Shown one piece after another: positions 18,163 through 26,341 of a DNA stretch of 38,093 nucleotides. The notes under the pieces are model-generated. The model did no database searches and was not told the DNA's origin. It was given only the letters and a program-made list of their open reading frames with translations. Each line of letters begins with the position of its first letter. The first letter of the stretch is position 1. Source of the stretch: a virus (lineage: Duplodnaviria; Caudoviricetes); IMG/VR virus record IMGVR_UViG_3300033512_000133, positions 1-38,093 of that record; one strand, given 5' to 3'. The position numbers were made by a program, and so were the translations under genes.

Positions 18163-19518
18163 ATGTTAGACTTCATTGATTTGTTCGCTGGCATAGGTGG
18201 CATTAGATTAGGTTTTGAAAATGCAGCAAAAAATATAGGGTTATCAACTAATTGTGTATTTACCTCTGAAATTAAGCCAACCGCAGTGGATATATTAAAG
18301 CAAAACCATCCTAATGAGTTAGTTCATGGCGATATAACCAAAATAGACGCTTCTGATATACCTGATTTTGATTTTCTTTTGGGAGGATTCCCTTGTCAAG
18401 CTTTTTCAGCAGCAGGAAAGAGGCTTGGGTTTCTTGATACTAGAGGAACCTTATTTTTCGATATTGAGCGTATTTTAAAAGAAAAAAAGCCTTATGGTTT
18501 TATTTTAGAAAATGTTGACGGTATAGTAAATCACGACAAAGTAGATAAATCAAAACCTATAGGAAGAACATTACTTACAATTTTAAACAATTTAAAAGAA
18601 TTAGGTTATAACGTCGATTGGAGTGTTTTAAATTCTCAACATTTTGGCGTGCCTCAAGAAAGGAAAAGGATTTATATCGTAGGTCTCTTGGGAAATATGC
18701 CAGATATTCACGATTTCCCTATGAAAACAAAAAATCTTAAATCAATCTTAGAAACTGGTATACCTACGAATGAAACGCCTTTTATTAAAAAGCTTTTGTC
18801 TCATTTTCCAATTAATGAACTTTATGGCAAATCTTTGAAAGATAAAAGAGGTGGCGATAATAACATACATAGTTGGGACATTGAATTAAAAGGGAAGGTT
18901 TCTCAGAGACAAAAAGATCTTCTTAACCAGCTTTTCAAGGAAAGAAGAAAAAAACAATGGGCAGATGAATTTGGCATTGATTGGATGGATGGAATGCCAC
19001 TAACAATAAATCAGATTAAAACATTTTCAAATAGCTCAAAATTAGAAGAAGACTTAGAAGATTTGGTTATAAAAGGCTATCTTAAAAAAGAGCACCCTAA
19101 AAAACTATTTACAGAAACAAATCTTTTAGGTGAAACGAGAAAATATAGAAAGCAAGATAGTTCTTTGCCAAAAGGGTATAACATTGTTTCAGGTAAACTC
19201 AGTTTTGAAGTAAGTAAAATATTAGACCCTAATGGAGTTGCCCCAACATTAGTGGCTATGGACATGCAAAATCTTTATGTAGTAGATGGCAATGGTCTAA
19301 GAACACTAAGTTTACGAGAAGGACTGAGATTATTTGGTTATCCAGAAAGCTATAAATTCAAAATTACTAAAAATGATGGATATGATTTACTTGGCAATAC
19401 TGTGACAGTTCCTGTAGTAGAAGCTGTTTCAAGCCGTGTAATTAAAGCGTATAGTAACAATCTATTACGCAACAAATCTATAATAAAAAAAGAACCACAG
19501 GAAATGTTATGTTATTAA
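18163..19518 (+). CDS. Type II R-M C5-cytosine methyltransferase (M.NlaIV/NgoBV-like)
   Basis: DLFAGIGG, GFPCQ, ENV, PQERKRIY and LGNTV motifs. AT-rich and adjacent to the endonuclease. Confidence 0.93.
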   Translation: MLDFIDLFAGIGGIRLGFENAAKNIGLSTNCVFTSEIKPTAVDILKQNHPNELVHGDITKIDASDIPDFDFLLGGFPCQAFSAAGKRLGFLDTRGTLFFDIERILKEKKPYGFILENVDGIVNHDKVDKSKPIGRTLLTILNNLKELGYNVDWSVLNSQHFGVPQERKRIYIVGLLGNMPDIHDFPMKTKNLKSILETGIPTNETPFIKKLLSHFPINELYGKSLKDKRGGDNNIHSWDIELKGKVSQRQKDLLNQLFKERRKKQWADEFGIDWMDGMPLTINQIKTFSNSSKLEEDLEDLVIKGYLKKEHPKKLFTETNLLGETRKYRKQDSSLPKGYNIVSGKLSFEVSKILDPNGVAPTLVAMDMQNLYVVDGNGLRTLSLREGLRLFGYPESYKFKITKNDGYDLLGNTVTVPVVEAVSSRVIKAYSNNLLRNKSIIKKEPQEMLCY

Positions 19519-20243
19519 CGGCAAAAGATGTTTTTGACAAACTTATAAATGAAGAAAAAATATTAGAAATAAACGGTCAAATAAAATTCCATTTAGGAAC
19601 CGTAAATATTATTGTAAAACAGAGGGATGTAGTCGGAAACATAATGCAAGAATGGCTTGAAGGCTGGCTAAAACAAAATAAAATCGTTTATGAAGTAAAT
19701 CAAAACACTCAAATGCCCCCTGATTTTTACTTAAATCCTAAAAACAAAACAATCGAATTACTAGAAATTAAGGCTTTTAATTTTTCTGCATCACCTGGTT
19801 TTGATATTGCTGATTTTAATGCTTTTCAATCAGAAATTATTAAACAACCTTATATGCTCCATGCATATTATTTGATATTTGGTTACGAAATGCAAGAAGA
19901 TGGTTTTGTAATTATTAAAAATTTATGGCTAAAAAATGTATGGGAAATATGCAGAAGAATGGAAAACTGGCCAATAAACCTACAAGTAAAAGATAAGGTA
20001 GTACACAAAATAAGGCCTTGCGTTTGGTATGCTGAAGGCAAATTAGTTAAATATACACCTTTTAAATCATTAGAACATTTCATTTCAGCTATTGAACAGA
20101 CAGTTTACCAAAATCCTAAGACTAGAGAGTTAAGCTCTTTGTGGTTAACGCATTTTTTGAAAAGTTACAATAGTCATTATGGGAAAAAATTAGTAATACC
20201 CAGATGGAGCGAAATTGAGAATGACTATATTATTAAAAAATAG
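19509..20243 (+). CDS. Type II restriction endonuclease, NlaIV/NgoBV family
   Basis: VVGNIMQEWL, NTQMPPDF, LLEIKAFN..SPGFDIADF and HKIRP..WY match my recollection of NlaIV (GGNNCC). Specificity here is inferred. Confidence 0.88.
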   Translation: MLLTAKDVFDKLINEEKILEINGQIKFHLGTVNIIVKQRDVVGNIMQEWLEGWLKQNKIVYEVNQNTQMPPDFYLNPKNKTIELLEIKAFNFSASPGFDIADFNAFQSEIIKQPYMLHAYYLIFGYEMQEDGFVIIKNLWLKNVWEICRRMENWPINLQVKDKVVHKIRPCVWYAEGKLVKYTPFKSLEHFISAIEQTVYQNPKTRELSSLWLTHFLKSYNSHYGKKLVIPRWSEIENDYIIKK

Positions 20244-20246
20244 CCC

Positions 20247-20275
20247 TTGACAAAATTTACTTACACTATTATATT
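20247..20275 (+). promoter_or_regulatory. Sigma70-type promoter with no ORF behind it
   Basis: TTGACA-17 nt-TATATT. Confidence 0.65.
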
Positions 20276-20280
20276 CACAT

Positions 20281-20425
20281 GGTCAGATGTCCCTTCTGAC
20301 TCCTAGTTTTGTGTGAAGCTGGATAACATCCAACGCCTTTCGACATGCTCTCCTGCTTTTTGATGTAAGGAAGAGCCCAGTAAAGCCTGTATGGTGGTTA
20401 ACCTTGCCAGGGCTAACCATCATCA
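20281..20425 (+). ncRNA. Candidate structured small RNA
   Basis: Promoter followed by three stem-loops, convergent on the terL 3' end. Confidence 0.35.
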
Positions 20426-20431
20426 TTCTAC

Positions 20432-22831
20432 TTATATCCCCGTCATAACCAATCGTCTTGCTGTCTGTCGCTTTGTAAGGATGCGATACCTAGTGGAATC
20501 GTAACAATTATGAACAATAATTCCGCCTGCAATAGCGAAAGAATGTGTTGTTTCTGCGTTTAAGCAATAAACATCTGCTTTACCCGCTGGTTCTATCTTC
20601 ACGACTTTTACCGCATCTGAGTAATGCCCCGCATTTTCGGGAACAGGTTTTTGTCTTTTCGTACTTGCTGATCTGTTTTTTTGCTCCGCATATTTGACAA
20701 ACCATTTCAACCAAATCGACTCCCTGTTTTTTTCTGCTTGCTGATTTGCAATTGTTTGAGCAAAATTTTGACTTTCCTCTAAAACCGAGAAACTCTTTTT
20801 TACAGTGTGCGCATGCCATTGCGATCTTTTCGCTAAACTTATCCCGTGAATGTTGCTCGAAATGTTCTTTATGCCATTGTCTGCCTTCTGGGCTTCCATG
20901 CCATTTTTTGGCTCCATCATGCATTGCTTTGATCCAATTTGTGTGGTCGGACACTTTCCCATGCAACGATTGATGTTCTGATATTTTAAGTATTTCCAAG
21001 TTCTCCAACTTATTATTTGTTCGGTCATGGTCTTTATGATGGACGTGATAGCCTTCTGGAGCTTCCCCATTGTGGAACTCCCAAACCGCTCTATGCAATC
21101 GTTCACCATGGTGCATAAAATAGTATTCGCACAGCCAATATCGCTTTCCGTTGAATTCTTGTGTTGTTTCATTGATTTTTTCTGGTTCCATTGTGCCGAC
21201 TCCTTTTTGTTGTCCGCTTCTACCTCATATAGCTCTACACTTTTTAGATCTTTTGCCTGTTCCCACATACGTTTGTTTGTCATAAACTTATGATCTGGGG
21301 TGCATACTATTTCTCTACCATCTGACAAAAATAATCTGATCACTTCTGCCTTTTTCCTTGTAAGCCTGCATTCTGCAAAGTTCGTGTATAGACCACCTTC
21401 TGTTAAAACCTTCCCTTCCTTGCCTACCAAGTCTTTAATTGCAAATATTCCCTGATCTGTCATAATCATAGTGTCGCCATGCAAACAGTGTTCTTCGCCT
21501 GTCGTGTCTGCATCTTCGGGGTTCTTGTCGTCTCGCTCGATGGTGGGTACTGTCCGCAACCAATTGCTGCACGTGTCAAAAATAAACATGCCAGGCTTTT
21601 CCATAGGCTTGTCATGGCTTGCCGATAGCAGTTCACGCAGTTTGTTCAAGCCGTTTACCCGAGAGCCGGGTGACTTGTCGGCGTGTTCCCAGCGAATACC
21701 TGCCACGCTCATTTCTTCGGCTATGCTGTTACCGTTGTCGTTGTTAAAGATCATCGTGTCGGCACAGCCGGGGTGTATACCTTGCCCGGTGAGCATGCTT
21801 TCCTTGATTACGTCCTCGCGCTTCTTGATCTCTTGCGCTATCTGGCGGTTGGGCATGTGCAAGCCCTCGTTTGGCGTACCGTTCCAGCCATAGTACTCAG
21901 CTATGTGAAATATCGTGCCGCGGGGAAAACATCGCCTTTTTCCGTCTGCCATAACTGCATCGGTGCCGTCGGACTCCGCCCACCAGCATACTGCAAACGG
22001 CTTAGCAGATCCCCAGTCGAAAGACCTGTCAACGTACCAGCTTTTGGGAATGCGAAATGGTCGCAGTACATGCACGTCACGGTGAAACACATCGTCTATG
22101 ATTCCGCCTGCAACTATGTCCCACAAGCCCTCAAGCCATGCTTTTACCAGCCATGCTGGACCCGATTGTTTTATGCGTCCAATGTATCCGGGGTCATGCT
22201 TCAGAAGTATTTTGTTGTCCGTAACCAATGAAGGTATAAAAACCCTCGTCCAAAATGTCTTGGTCTCTTCGTCGTATTCTTTCATTATCTTGCCGGGCGG
22301 TGAAGGATCGACATACCGTGCCTTGAGCCAGTTATGACCCGCACCTCCCGGATTGCCGGTAAGAATCATTCTTACCTTTACACCACTTGCATCACGCAAC
22401 GCCGACCGCAGCTTATTTATCGGGCTTGGTGAAAACCAGTTGCCAGCTTCGTCAAACCCCATCCAATTGTATTGGTGTCCCTGATATTTCTCAGCGTCTG
22501 AATCCCGATCCAGATACCGCATCTTTAGCCTTCCCCCGTTGCTGTGTAGCCATGTTTTGCCTTGGCTGTGATATTCAAACCCGAACGGTGTCAATATCTT
22601 TTCTGCCTTTTCCTGCATGTCTTCCAGTTCTGGCATCGACCGCCTGAACAAAATACCCCTTGCCTTACTGCCATACTTCACAAAATGTGCCATCCAATCG
22701 AGGATTACGCCGTAAGACTTGCCCCCGCCTCGTGCACCTCCAAAAAATATTTCATTGGCTGGACATGAAACAAACCTATGTTGTGGTCCCGATTGTGTGC
22801 GTACTTTAATCGCTTCCGCTTTGTCGCTCAT
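20432..22831 (-). CDS. terL: Terminase large subunit with intein (472 aa after predicted splicing)
   Basis: Walker A GGARGGGKS, Walker B GFDEAG, TGNPGG, nuclease DWGSAKPF, and EH/CYDSTRY split by the intein. Confidence 0.95.
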   Translation of the reverse strand: MSDKAEAIKVRTQSGPQHRFVSCPANEIFFGGARGGGKSYGVILDWMAHFVKYGSKARGILFRRSMPELEDMQEKAEKILTPFGFEYHSQGKTWLHSNGGRLKMRYLDRDSDAEKYQGHQYNWMGFDEAGNWFSPSPINKLRSALRDASGVKVRMILTGNPGGAGHNWLKARYVDPSPPGKIMKEYDEETKTFWTRVFIPSLVTDNKILLKHDPGYIGRIKQSGPAWLVKAWLEGLWDIVAGGIIDDVFHRDVHVLRPFRIPKSWYVDRSFDWGSAKPFAVCWWAESDGTDAVMADGKRRCFPRGTIFHIAEYYGWNGTPNEGLHMPNRQIAQEIKKREDVIKESMLTGQGIHPGCADTMIFNNDNGNSIAEEMSVAGIRWEHADKSPGSRVNGLNKLRELLSASHDKPMEKPGMFIFDTCSNWLRTVPTIERDDKNPEDADTTGEEHCLHGDTMIMTDQGIFAIKDLVGKEGKVLTEGGLYTNFAECRLTRKKAEVIRLFLSDGREIVCTPDHKFMTNKRMWEQAKDLKSVELYEVEADNKKESAQWNQKKSMKQHKNSTESDIGCANTILCTMVNDCIERFGSSTMGKLQKAITSIIKTMTEQIISWRTWKYLKYQNINRCMGKCPTTQIGSKQCMMEPKNGMEAQKADNGIKNISSNIHGISLAKRSQWHAHTVKKSFSVLEESQNFAQTIANQQAEKNRESIWLKWFVKYAEQKNRSASTKRQKPVPENAGHYSDAVKVVKIEPAGKADVYCLNAETTHSFAIAGGIIVHNCYDSTRYRILTKRQTARRLVMTGI
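20507..21487 (-). mobile_element. Intein (327 aa, residues 449-775 of TerL)
   Basis: Block A CLHGDT, block B IVCTPDHKF, block F DVYCL..ETTHSF, block G IIVHN followed by Cys+1. Confidence 0.95.
20580..21191 (-). CDS. HNH homing endonuclease with C-terminal zinc fingers, nested out of frame in the intein
   Basis: LHRAVW...HVHHKDHDRTNNKLENL...EH, CxxC...FCSNNC and CQIC...TCSRKC. AAGGAG lies 8 nt upstream of the ATG. Confidence 0.9.
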   Translation of the reverse strand: MEPEKINETTQEFNGKRYWLCEYYFMHHGERLHRAVWEFHNGEAPEGYHVHHKDHDRTNNKLENLEILKISEHQSLHGKVSDHTNWIKAMHDGAKKWHGSPEGRQWHKEHFEQHSRDKFSEKIAMACAHCKKEFLGFRGKSKFCSNNCKSASRKKQGVDLVEMVCQICGAKKQISKYEKTKTCSRKCGALLRCGKSREDRTSG

Positions 22832-23255
22832 AGAATGCCTCCCATTCCTCCTCTGTCTTGAATCGGTCTGGTGCTATCAGGCTGGCAGTTATGCTGCCTG
22901 AGTGTTCGATCTCTTGACGTTCAGTGAATTCCCCATAGCCTCGCAAAATATCATTGCTCACCTTCGCAAGCACATTTGGTGGAGTTTTCTCATTGTCTAA
23001 TAAATCGTTTAGCTTCTGTATCGCCTTCAGAATCAAAGCCTTTTTGTCTGGCATTAAATCAACTGCAGTTTGTGCATTTTTTTGCATATTCTGTGCAGTC
23101 AATTCTTGTATTCTTTTTTGTAGTAAAGGATTATTTAGTGCATTATAAACAGCCCGTCTGCTCTTTTTTACCTGCTTGTCGCGGGCAATCTCTTCTGCCG
23201 GCATGGGCGAGGTTGCCTTCAAAAATGCGACTCGCTCCTGCCATGGTTTAAGCAT
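22806..23255 (-). CDS. terS: Terminase small subunit (putative)
   Basis: 149 aa directly upstream of terL, with an HTH-like N-terminus and FTERQEIEHSG C-terminal motif. Confidence 0.75.
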   Translation of the reverse strand: MLKPWQERVAFLKATSPMPAEEIARDKQVKKSRRAVYNALNNPLLQKRIQELTAQNMQKNAQTAVDLMPDKKALILKAIQKLNDLLDNEKTPPNVLAKVSNDILRGYGEFTERQEIEHSGSITASLIAPDRFKTEEEWEAFYERQSGSD

Positions 23256-23393
23256 TGTAGCCTCCTGCGTTTAGAGTAGCAGGATTGTTCTTTATTTATT
23301 ATACCCGTGTCACACAAGCAATCTTTTGACTGTTCGGTGCGAACTTGCATGACTTAAAGTCGCTTAGGTATACTTTCATTTTGCTAATCCTTT

Positions 23394-23696
23394 TTATACA
23401 TGTACGAACTCTTGCACCTTGTGTATTTTGGCAATTTCGTCTGACAGCTTTTCTCTTTCTTCTCGAATCTCGTACTCGTTCTGAATCCCTACCCAGAATT
23501 CTACCGAATTGCCGAAAAATGCCGATAAGCGCAAAGCGGTGTCTGTTGTTATTTTACGTCGTTTTTTTATAATGTCCATTACTCTTGTCAATGGCATATT
23601 GGTTTCTTTCGCAAGCCGATACGCAGTAATACCAAATGGCTTTAGAAATTCTTCGCTAAGTATTTCGCCTGGATGAACATTGTCAAGTTTAATCAT
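23394..23696 (-). CDS. higA: HigA antitoxin
   Basis: HPGEILSEEFLKP...ITTDTALRLSAFFG..FW..Q..Y signature. Confidence 0.93.
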   Translation of the reverse strand: MIKLDNVHPGEILSEEFLKPFGITAYRLAKETNMPLTRVMDIIKKRRKITTDTALRLSAFFGNSVEFWVGIQNEYEIREEREKLSDEIAKIHKVQEFVHV

Positions 23697-23704
23697 GTGA
23701 TCTC

Positions 23705-23986
23705 CTAATGATAATCCGCAATCTCAACGTCAACCGCATTTGAATCGATCCACAAAAAGCAAATTCTCCATTGATCGTTTATCCGAATGCTATACTGACC
23801 TTCTCGATCCTTCTTTAACTTTTCCAGCATATTGCCTGGCGGTATTTTCAAGTCGTTGATATCCTTTGCTTTATGTAGCATAAATAACTTTCTTAATGCT
23901 GTCTGCTGGATATCACCGGGAAGTTTTCTTGACCGTTCTTGATTCCAGATTTTTTCTGTTTCAGCACTTCGAAACGATTTAATCAT
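23705..23986 (-). CDS. higB: HigB (RelE/ParE family) toxin
   Basis: MIKSF..ETEKIW, PPGNMLEKL, GQYSIRINDQWRICF and DYH. Start re-called to 23986. Confidence 0.93.
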   Translation of the reverse strand: MIKSFRSAETEKIWNQERSRKLPGDIQQTALRKLFMLHKAKDINDLKIPPGNMLEKLKKDREGQYSIRINDQWRICFLWIDSNAVDVEIADYH

Positions 23987-23993
23987 ATACTGT

Positions 23994-24022
23994 ATGATAA
24001 CGTGTGCCGTTACCTTTGTCAA
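23994..24022 (-). promoter_or_regulatory. higBA promoter with operator-like inverted repeat
   Basis: TTGACA-17 nt-TATCAT, 7 nt before the ATG. taacg/cgtta inverted repeat across the spacer. Confidence 0.7.
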
Positions 24023-24043
24023 GCACTAAATCGTTTTATATTG

Positions 24044-24265
24044 TTAGTCAAGTGTTTTTTTACTTTTTACTTGCGTATACACAGCTGGACCGTAAAACAC
24101 ATACAATGCTTTAACCTTGTCGTCGTCAATACCATGCGTTAAATAGTAGCCTGTCTCAATGCGATAAATTGTGCCTCTATCTACGTTAAGCACTTCGGCA
24201 AGCGAACGTATCGATCGCCCTTTTGCCGTCCTGATAGCCCGCAAGTTTTGCTTTCGTGTAAACAT
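24044..24265 (-). CDS. Cro/C1-type HTH protein
   Basis: LRAIRTAKGRSIRSLAEVLNVDRGTIYRIETG. Confidence 0.85.
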   Translation of the reverse strand: MFTRKQNLRAIRTAKGRSIRSLAEVLNVDRGTIYRIETGYYLTHGIDDDKVKALYVFYGPAVYTQVKSKKTLD

Positions 24266-24503
24266 CTGGCCACTCCATTTGAGATTTTTTTATTTCATTT
24301 TCCGTCACAAACAACTCGCACTCTATGCACACGGTGAAAAAGCCAAGGACTACCCGAATGGCTATGGCACGAGCAAGTGCTTCGGTGATAGTTTTTTTGT
24401 ACGCCTGCTTGTCCTGAATCCGTGTTGCTTCACTTTTAAGCAGTATCCCGCTATCGTCGGTCAAGCGTTGCGGGATATCCCAAGAACTTCTTCCGTGGTA
24501 CAT
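24186..24503 (-). CDS. Hypothetical protein
   Basis: Strong GGAGG before the ATG. Overlaps the HTH gene by 80 nt. Confidence 0.45.
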   Translation of the reverse strand: MYHGRSSWDIPQRLTDDSGILLKSEATRIQDKQAYKKTITEALARAIAIRVVLGFFTVCIECELFVTENEIKKSQMEWPDVYTKAKLAGYQDGKRAIDTFACRSA

Positions 24504-24532
24504 AGATCCTCCCTTTTAGATTAAAGTGCCAC

Positions 24533-25798
24533 CTAATTGCTTTGTAGCCGTTTGCCTATCCATCGCATCACAGGTACTGCCATGCTATTACCTAAAGCCT
24601 TATACCGTGGACCGTCAGGACAATCGTCGGCTGATTTTTTTCTCCAAGGTATTTTTGTCCAACCGTCAGAAAATCCCTGTAGCCGTTCGCACTCTATTGT
24701 GGTTAATCGTCGCACGATTGCCCCTTGCATAACGCCGTGACGATCGGTTTTCGTAAGAGTGTAGGAAATATCCTCTTGGCAACCAACTCCATTCCCTCCA
24801 TTTTCCGGCTCACGCCCAATTGTATTCCATGCGAGTGCCAAGATTGGAGCTTCGTGATTGCAGTTCAACGTAGGGCTTCGCCCTATTCCTATTTCAGCAT
24901 TACCTTGTCCTGTTGCCATAATGCACGGCTCTCTTTGTCCCCCACCCATGCGATTAAGCGTCGGGGCTATGTTTCCGCTTATCCTTGCACATCCGTCTGG
25001 GCTGCGTGGCTCGAAGCACATGACTGACATCTGATTATCACCAGGGTTTGACCTTATTGTCCCAGATATATCGTGGTATATATGCCCGCCATCCCTCGAC
25101 ATTACACCAGGCTCAAAGCATATCAGGTTTTCACTACCCCCACCTAAATCCCCTCCTTTAGCTCTTAGCGATCCAACGCCTTCGCTATATCCGCCAAAGC
25201 TGCTTGGAGTAAATACGGGAGCTTCTTGCCTCGCTTCTCTGCTCGGTGCAGAATGCCCGCACAAGCCTTCGGACTCAAAAAGTACTTTGGCAGGAGGTCT
25301 CCAGTCTCCAAGATATCCGACAACGAACACACGACGGCGCCTTTGTGCCACTCCGTAGTATTGAGCGTCAAGAACCCGGTAGGCGAACCCATACCCGAGT
25401 TCGCCCAGCATCCCGAGGAAGGTTCCAAAATCTTTTCCTTTGTGACTTGACAGGACACCGGGAACGTTTTCCCAGACAATCCAGGTAGGCTTGAAATGAT
25501 CCGCCATAGCTCCGAATGTGAGCATGAGATTGCCGCGCGGGTCAGAAAGTCCCTTGCGAAGTCCGGCAATACTGAAAGTTTGGCAAGGTGTGCCTCCGAC
25601 CAGAATGTCAAATTTTCCGACATTTTCCCACTCCTTGTATTTTGTCATATCACCGTAGTTTTTAACGGTCGGGAATCGATGCACCAACACTGCCGAAGGA
25701 AAAGCCTCTATCTCTGAAAATCCAACGGGAACAAAGCCTAATGACTCCCACGCACAAGATACAGCTTCTATCCCACTGCAAACAGATAAATATTTCAT
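24533..25798 (-). CDS. Orphan phage C5-cytosine DNA methyltransferase
   Basis: SVCSGIEA, GGTPCQ, ENVPG, QRRRRVF, RRLTTIECERLQGF and YKALGNS. Start re-called to 25798. Confidence 0.93.
   Translation of the reverse strand: MKYLSVCSGIEAVSCAWESLGFVPVGFSEIEAFPSAVLVHRFPTVKNYGDMTKYKEWENVGKFDILVGGTPCQTFSIAGLRKGLSDPRGNLMLTFGAMADHFKPTWIVWENVPGVLSSHKGKDFGTFLGMLGELGYGFAYRVLDAQYYGVAQRRRRVFVVGYLGDWRPPAKVLFESEGLCGHSAPSREARQEAPVFTPSSFGGYSEGVGSLRAKGGDLGGGSENLICFEPGVMSRDGGHIYHDISGTIRSNPGDNQMSVMCFEPRSPDGCARISGNIAPTLNRMGGGQREPCIMATGQGNAEIGIGRSPTLNCNHEAPILALAWNTIGREPENGGNGVGCQEDISYTLTKTDRHGVMQGAIVRRLTTIECERLQGFSDGWTKIPWRKKSADDCPDGPRYKALGNSMAVPVMRWIGKRLQSN
25165..25623 (-). CDS. Overprinted methylase beta-type polypeptide (+1 frame)
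   Basis: SLSDILETG..PKYFLSPKACAGILHRAEKRGKKLP..LQAAL. AAGGAG lies 7 nt upstream of the ATG. Confidence 0.8.
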   Translation of the reverse strand: MSENLTFWSEAHLAKLSVLPDFARDFLTRAAISCSHSELWRIISSLPGLSGKTFPVSCQVTKEKILEPSSGCWANSGMGSPTGFLTLNTTEWHKGAVVCSLSDILETGDLLPKYFLSPKACAGILHRAEKRGKKLPYLLQAALADIAKALDR

Positions 25799-26085
25799 TC
25801 CCTTGCATCCTTCTCGTGGCACACAGCGTTTGTTAGGCTTTCCTGCAAATACTTGATCGCTTTTTCATAACCTTCCTTTGTTTCGTTAATATGCAAAACA
25901 AGGCTCTTTGTTTCTCCACATTTGATGGTTCTGGTAGTTTGCTTAGGAATATATTGTTCAAGGACAAAAAGAAATTCTGATGTAATATCTTCTTTGTCGC
26001 CAACCCAATGACCCTTTTCTTTGTTCTGTTTTCCAAGATAAACCCTTTCAGTCAAAGGACTATAACCTATTCCGATTTTTGCCAT
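25795..26085 (-). CDS. Small conserved-looking phage protein
   Basis: AGGAGG RBS, GYSPLTERVYLG..W.G.KEDIT motif, ATGA overlap with the methylase. Confidence 0.7.
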   Translation of the reverse strand: MAKIGIGYSPLTERVYLGKQNKEKGHWVGDKEDITSEFLFVLEQYIPKQTTRTIKCGETKSLVLHINETKEGYEKAIKYLQESLTNAVCHEKDARE

Positions 26086-26154
26086 AATTTCCTCCTGCTT
26101 GAAGTCAAGGTAACGGCATCAAGCGTTACCTTGCGAAAGTCCGTCAACATTGGT

Positions 26155-26319
26155 TTAACTTGCAAGTGTTTTTCTTGCCTCCTTGTTGCTACTGACAACA
26201 CTCACAAAATCGCAATTGTCACATTGCCAGTTTGTGCCATCACGATCCTTTGTTATGCTACCTCCACACTCGCACTGGTAGCCTTCAATTATATCTTCCC
26301 TACAGCTATCAAAACTCAT
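26155..26319 (-). CDS. 54-aa Cys-rich zinc-ribbon protein (copy 2)
   Basis: AGGAGG RBS; MSFDSCREDIIEGYQCECGGSITKDRDGTNWQCDNCDF... Confidence 0.75.
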   Translation of the reverse strand: MSFDSCREDIIEGYQCECGGSITKDRDGTNWQCDNCDFVSVVSSNKEARKTLAS

Positions 26320-26341
26320 ATATTCCTCCTATTTGCCGTCC

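Noticed and set aside
20580-21191. Sequencing frameshift as the explanation for the out-of-frame HNH
   Set aside because: Would need two compensating errors and a shadow frame stop-free over about 200 codons, and the HNH has its own RBS and start.
25815-25838. GCCTAAC as an attC R'' box
   Set aside because: No L boxes or R' follow, and it lies inside a coding frame.
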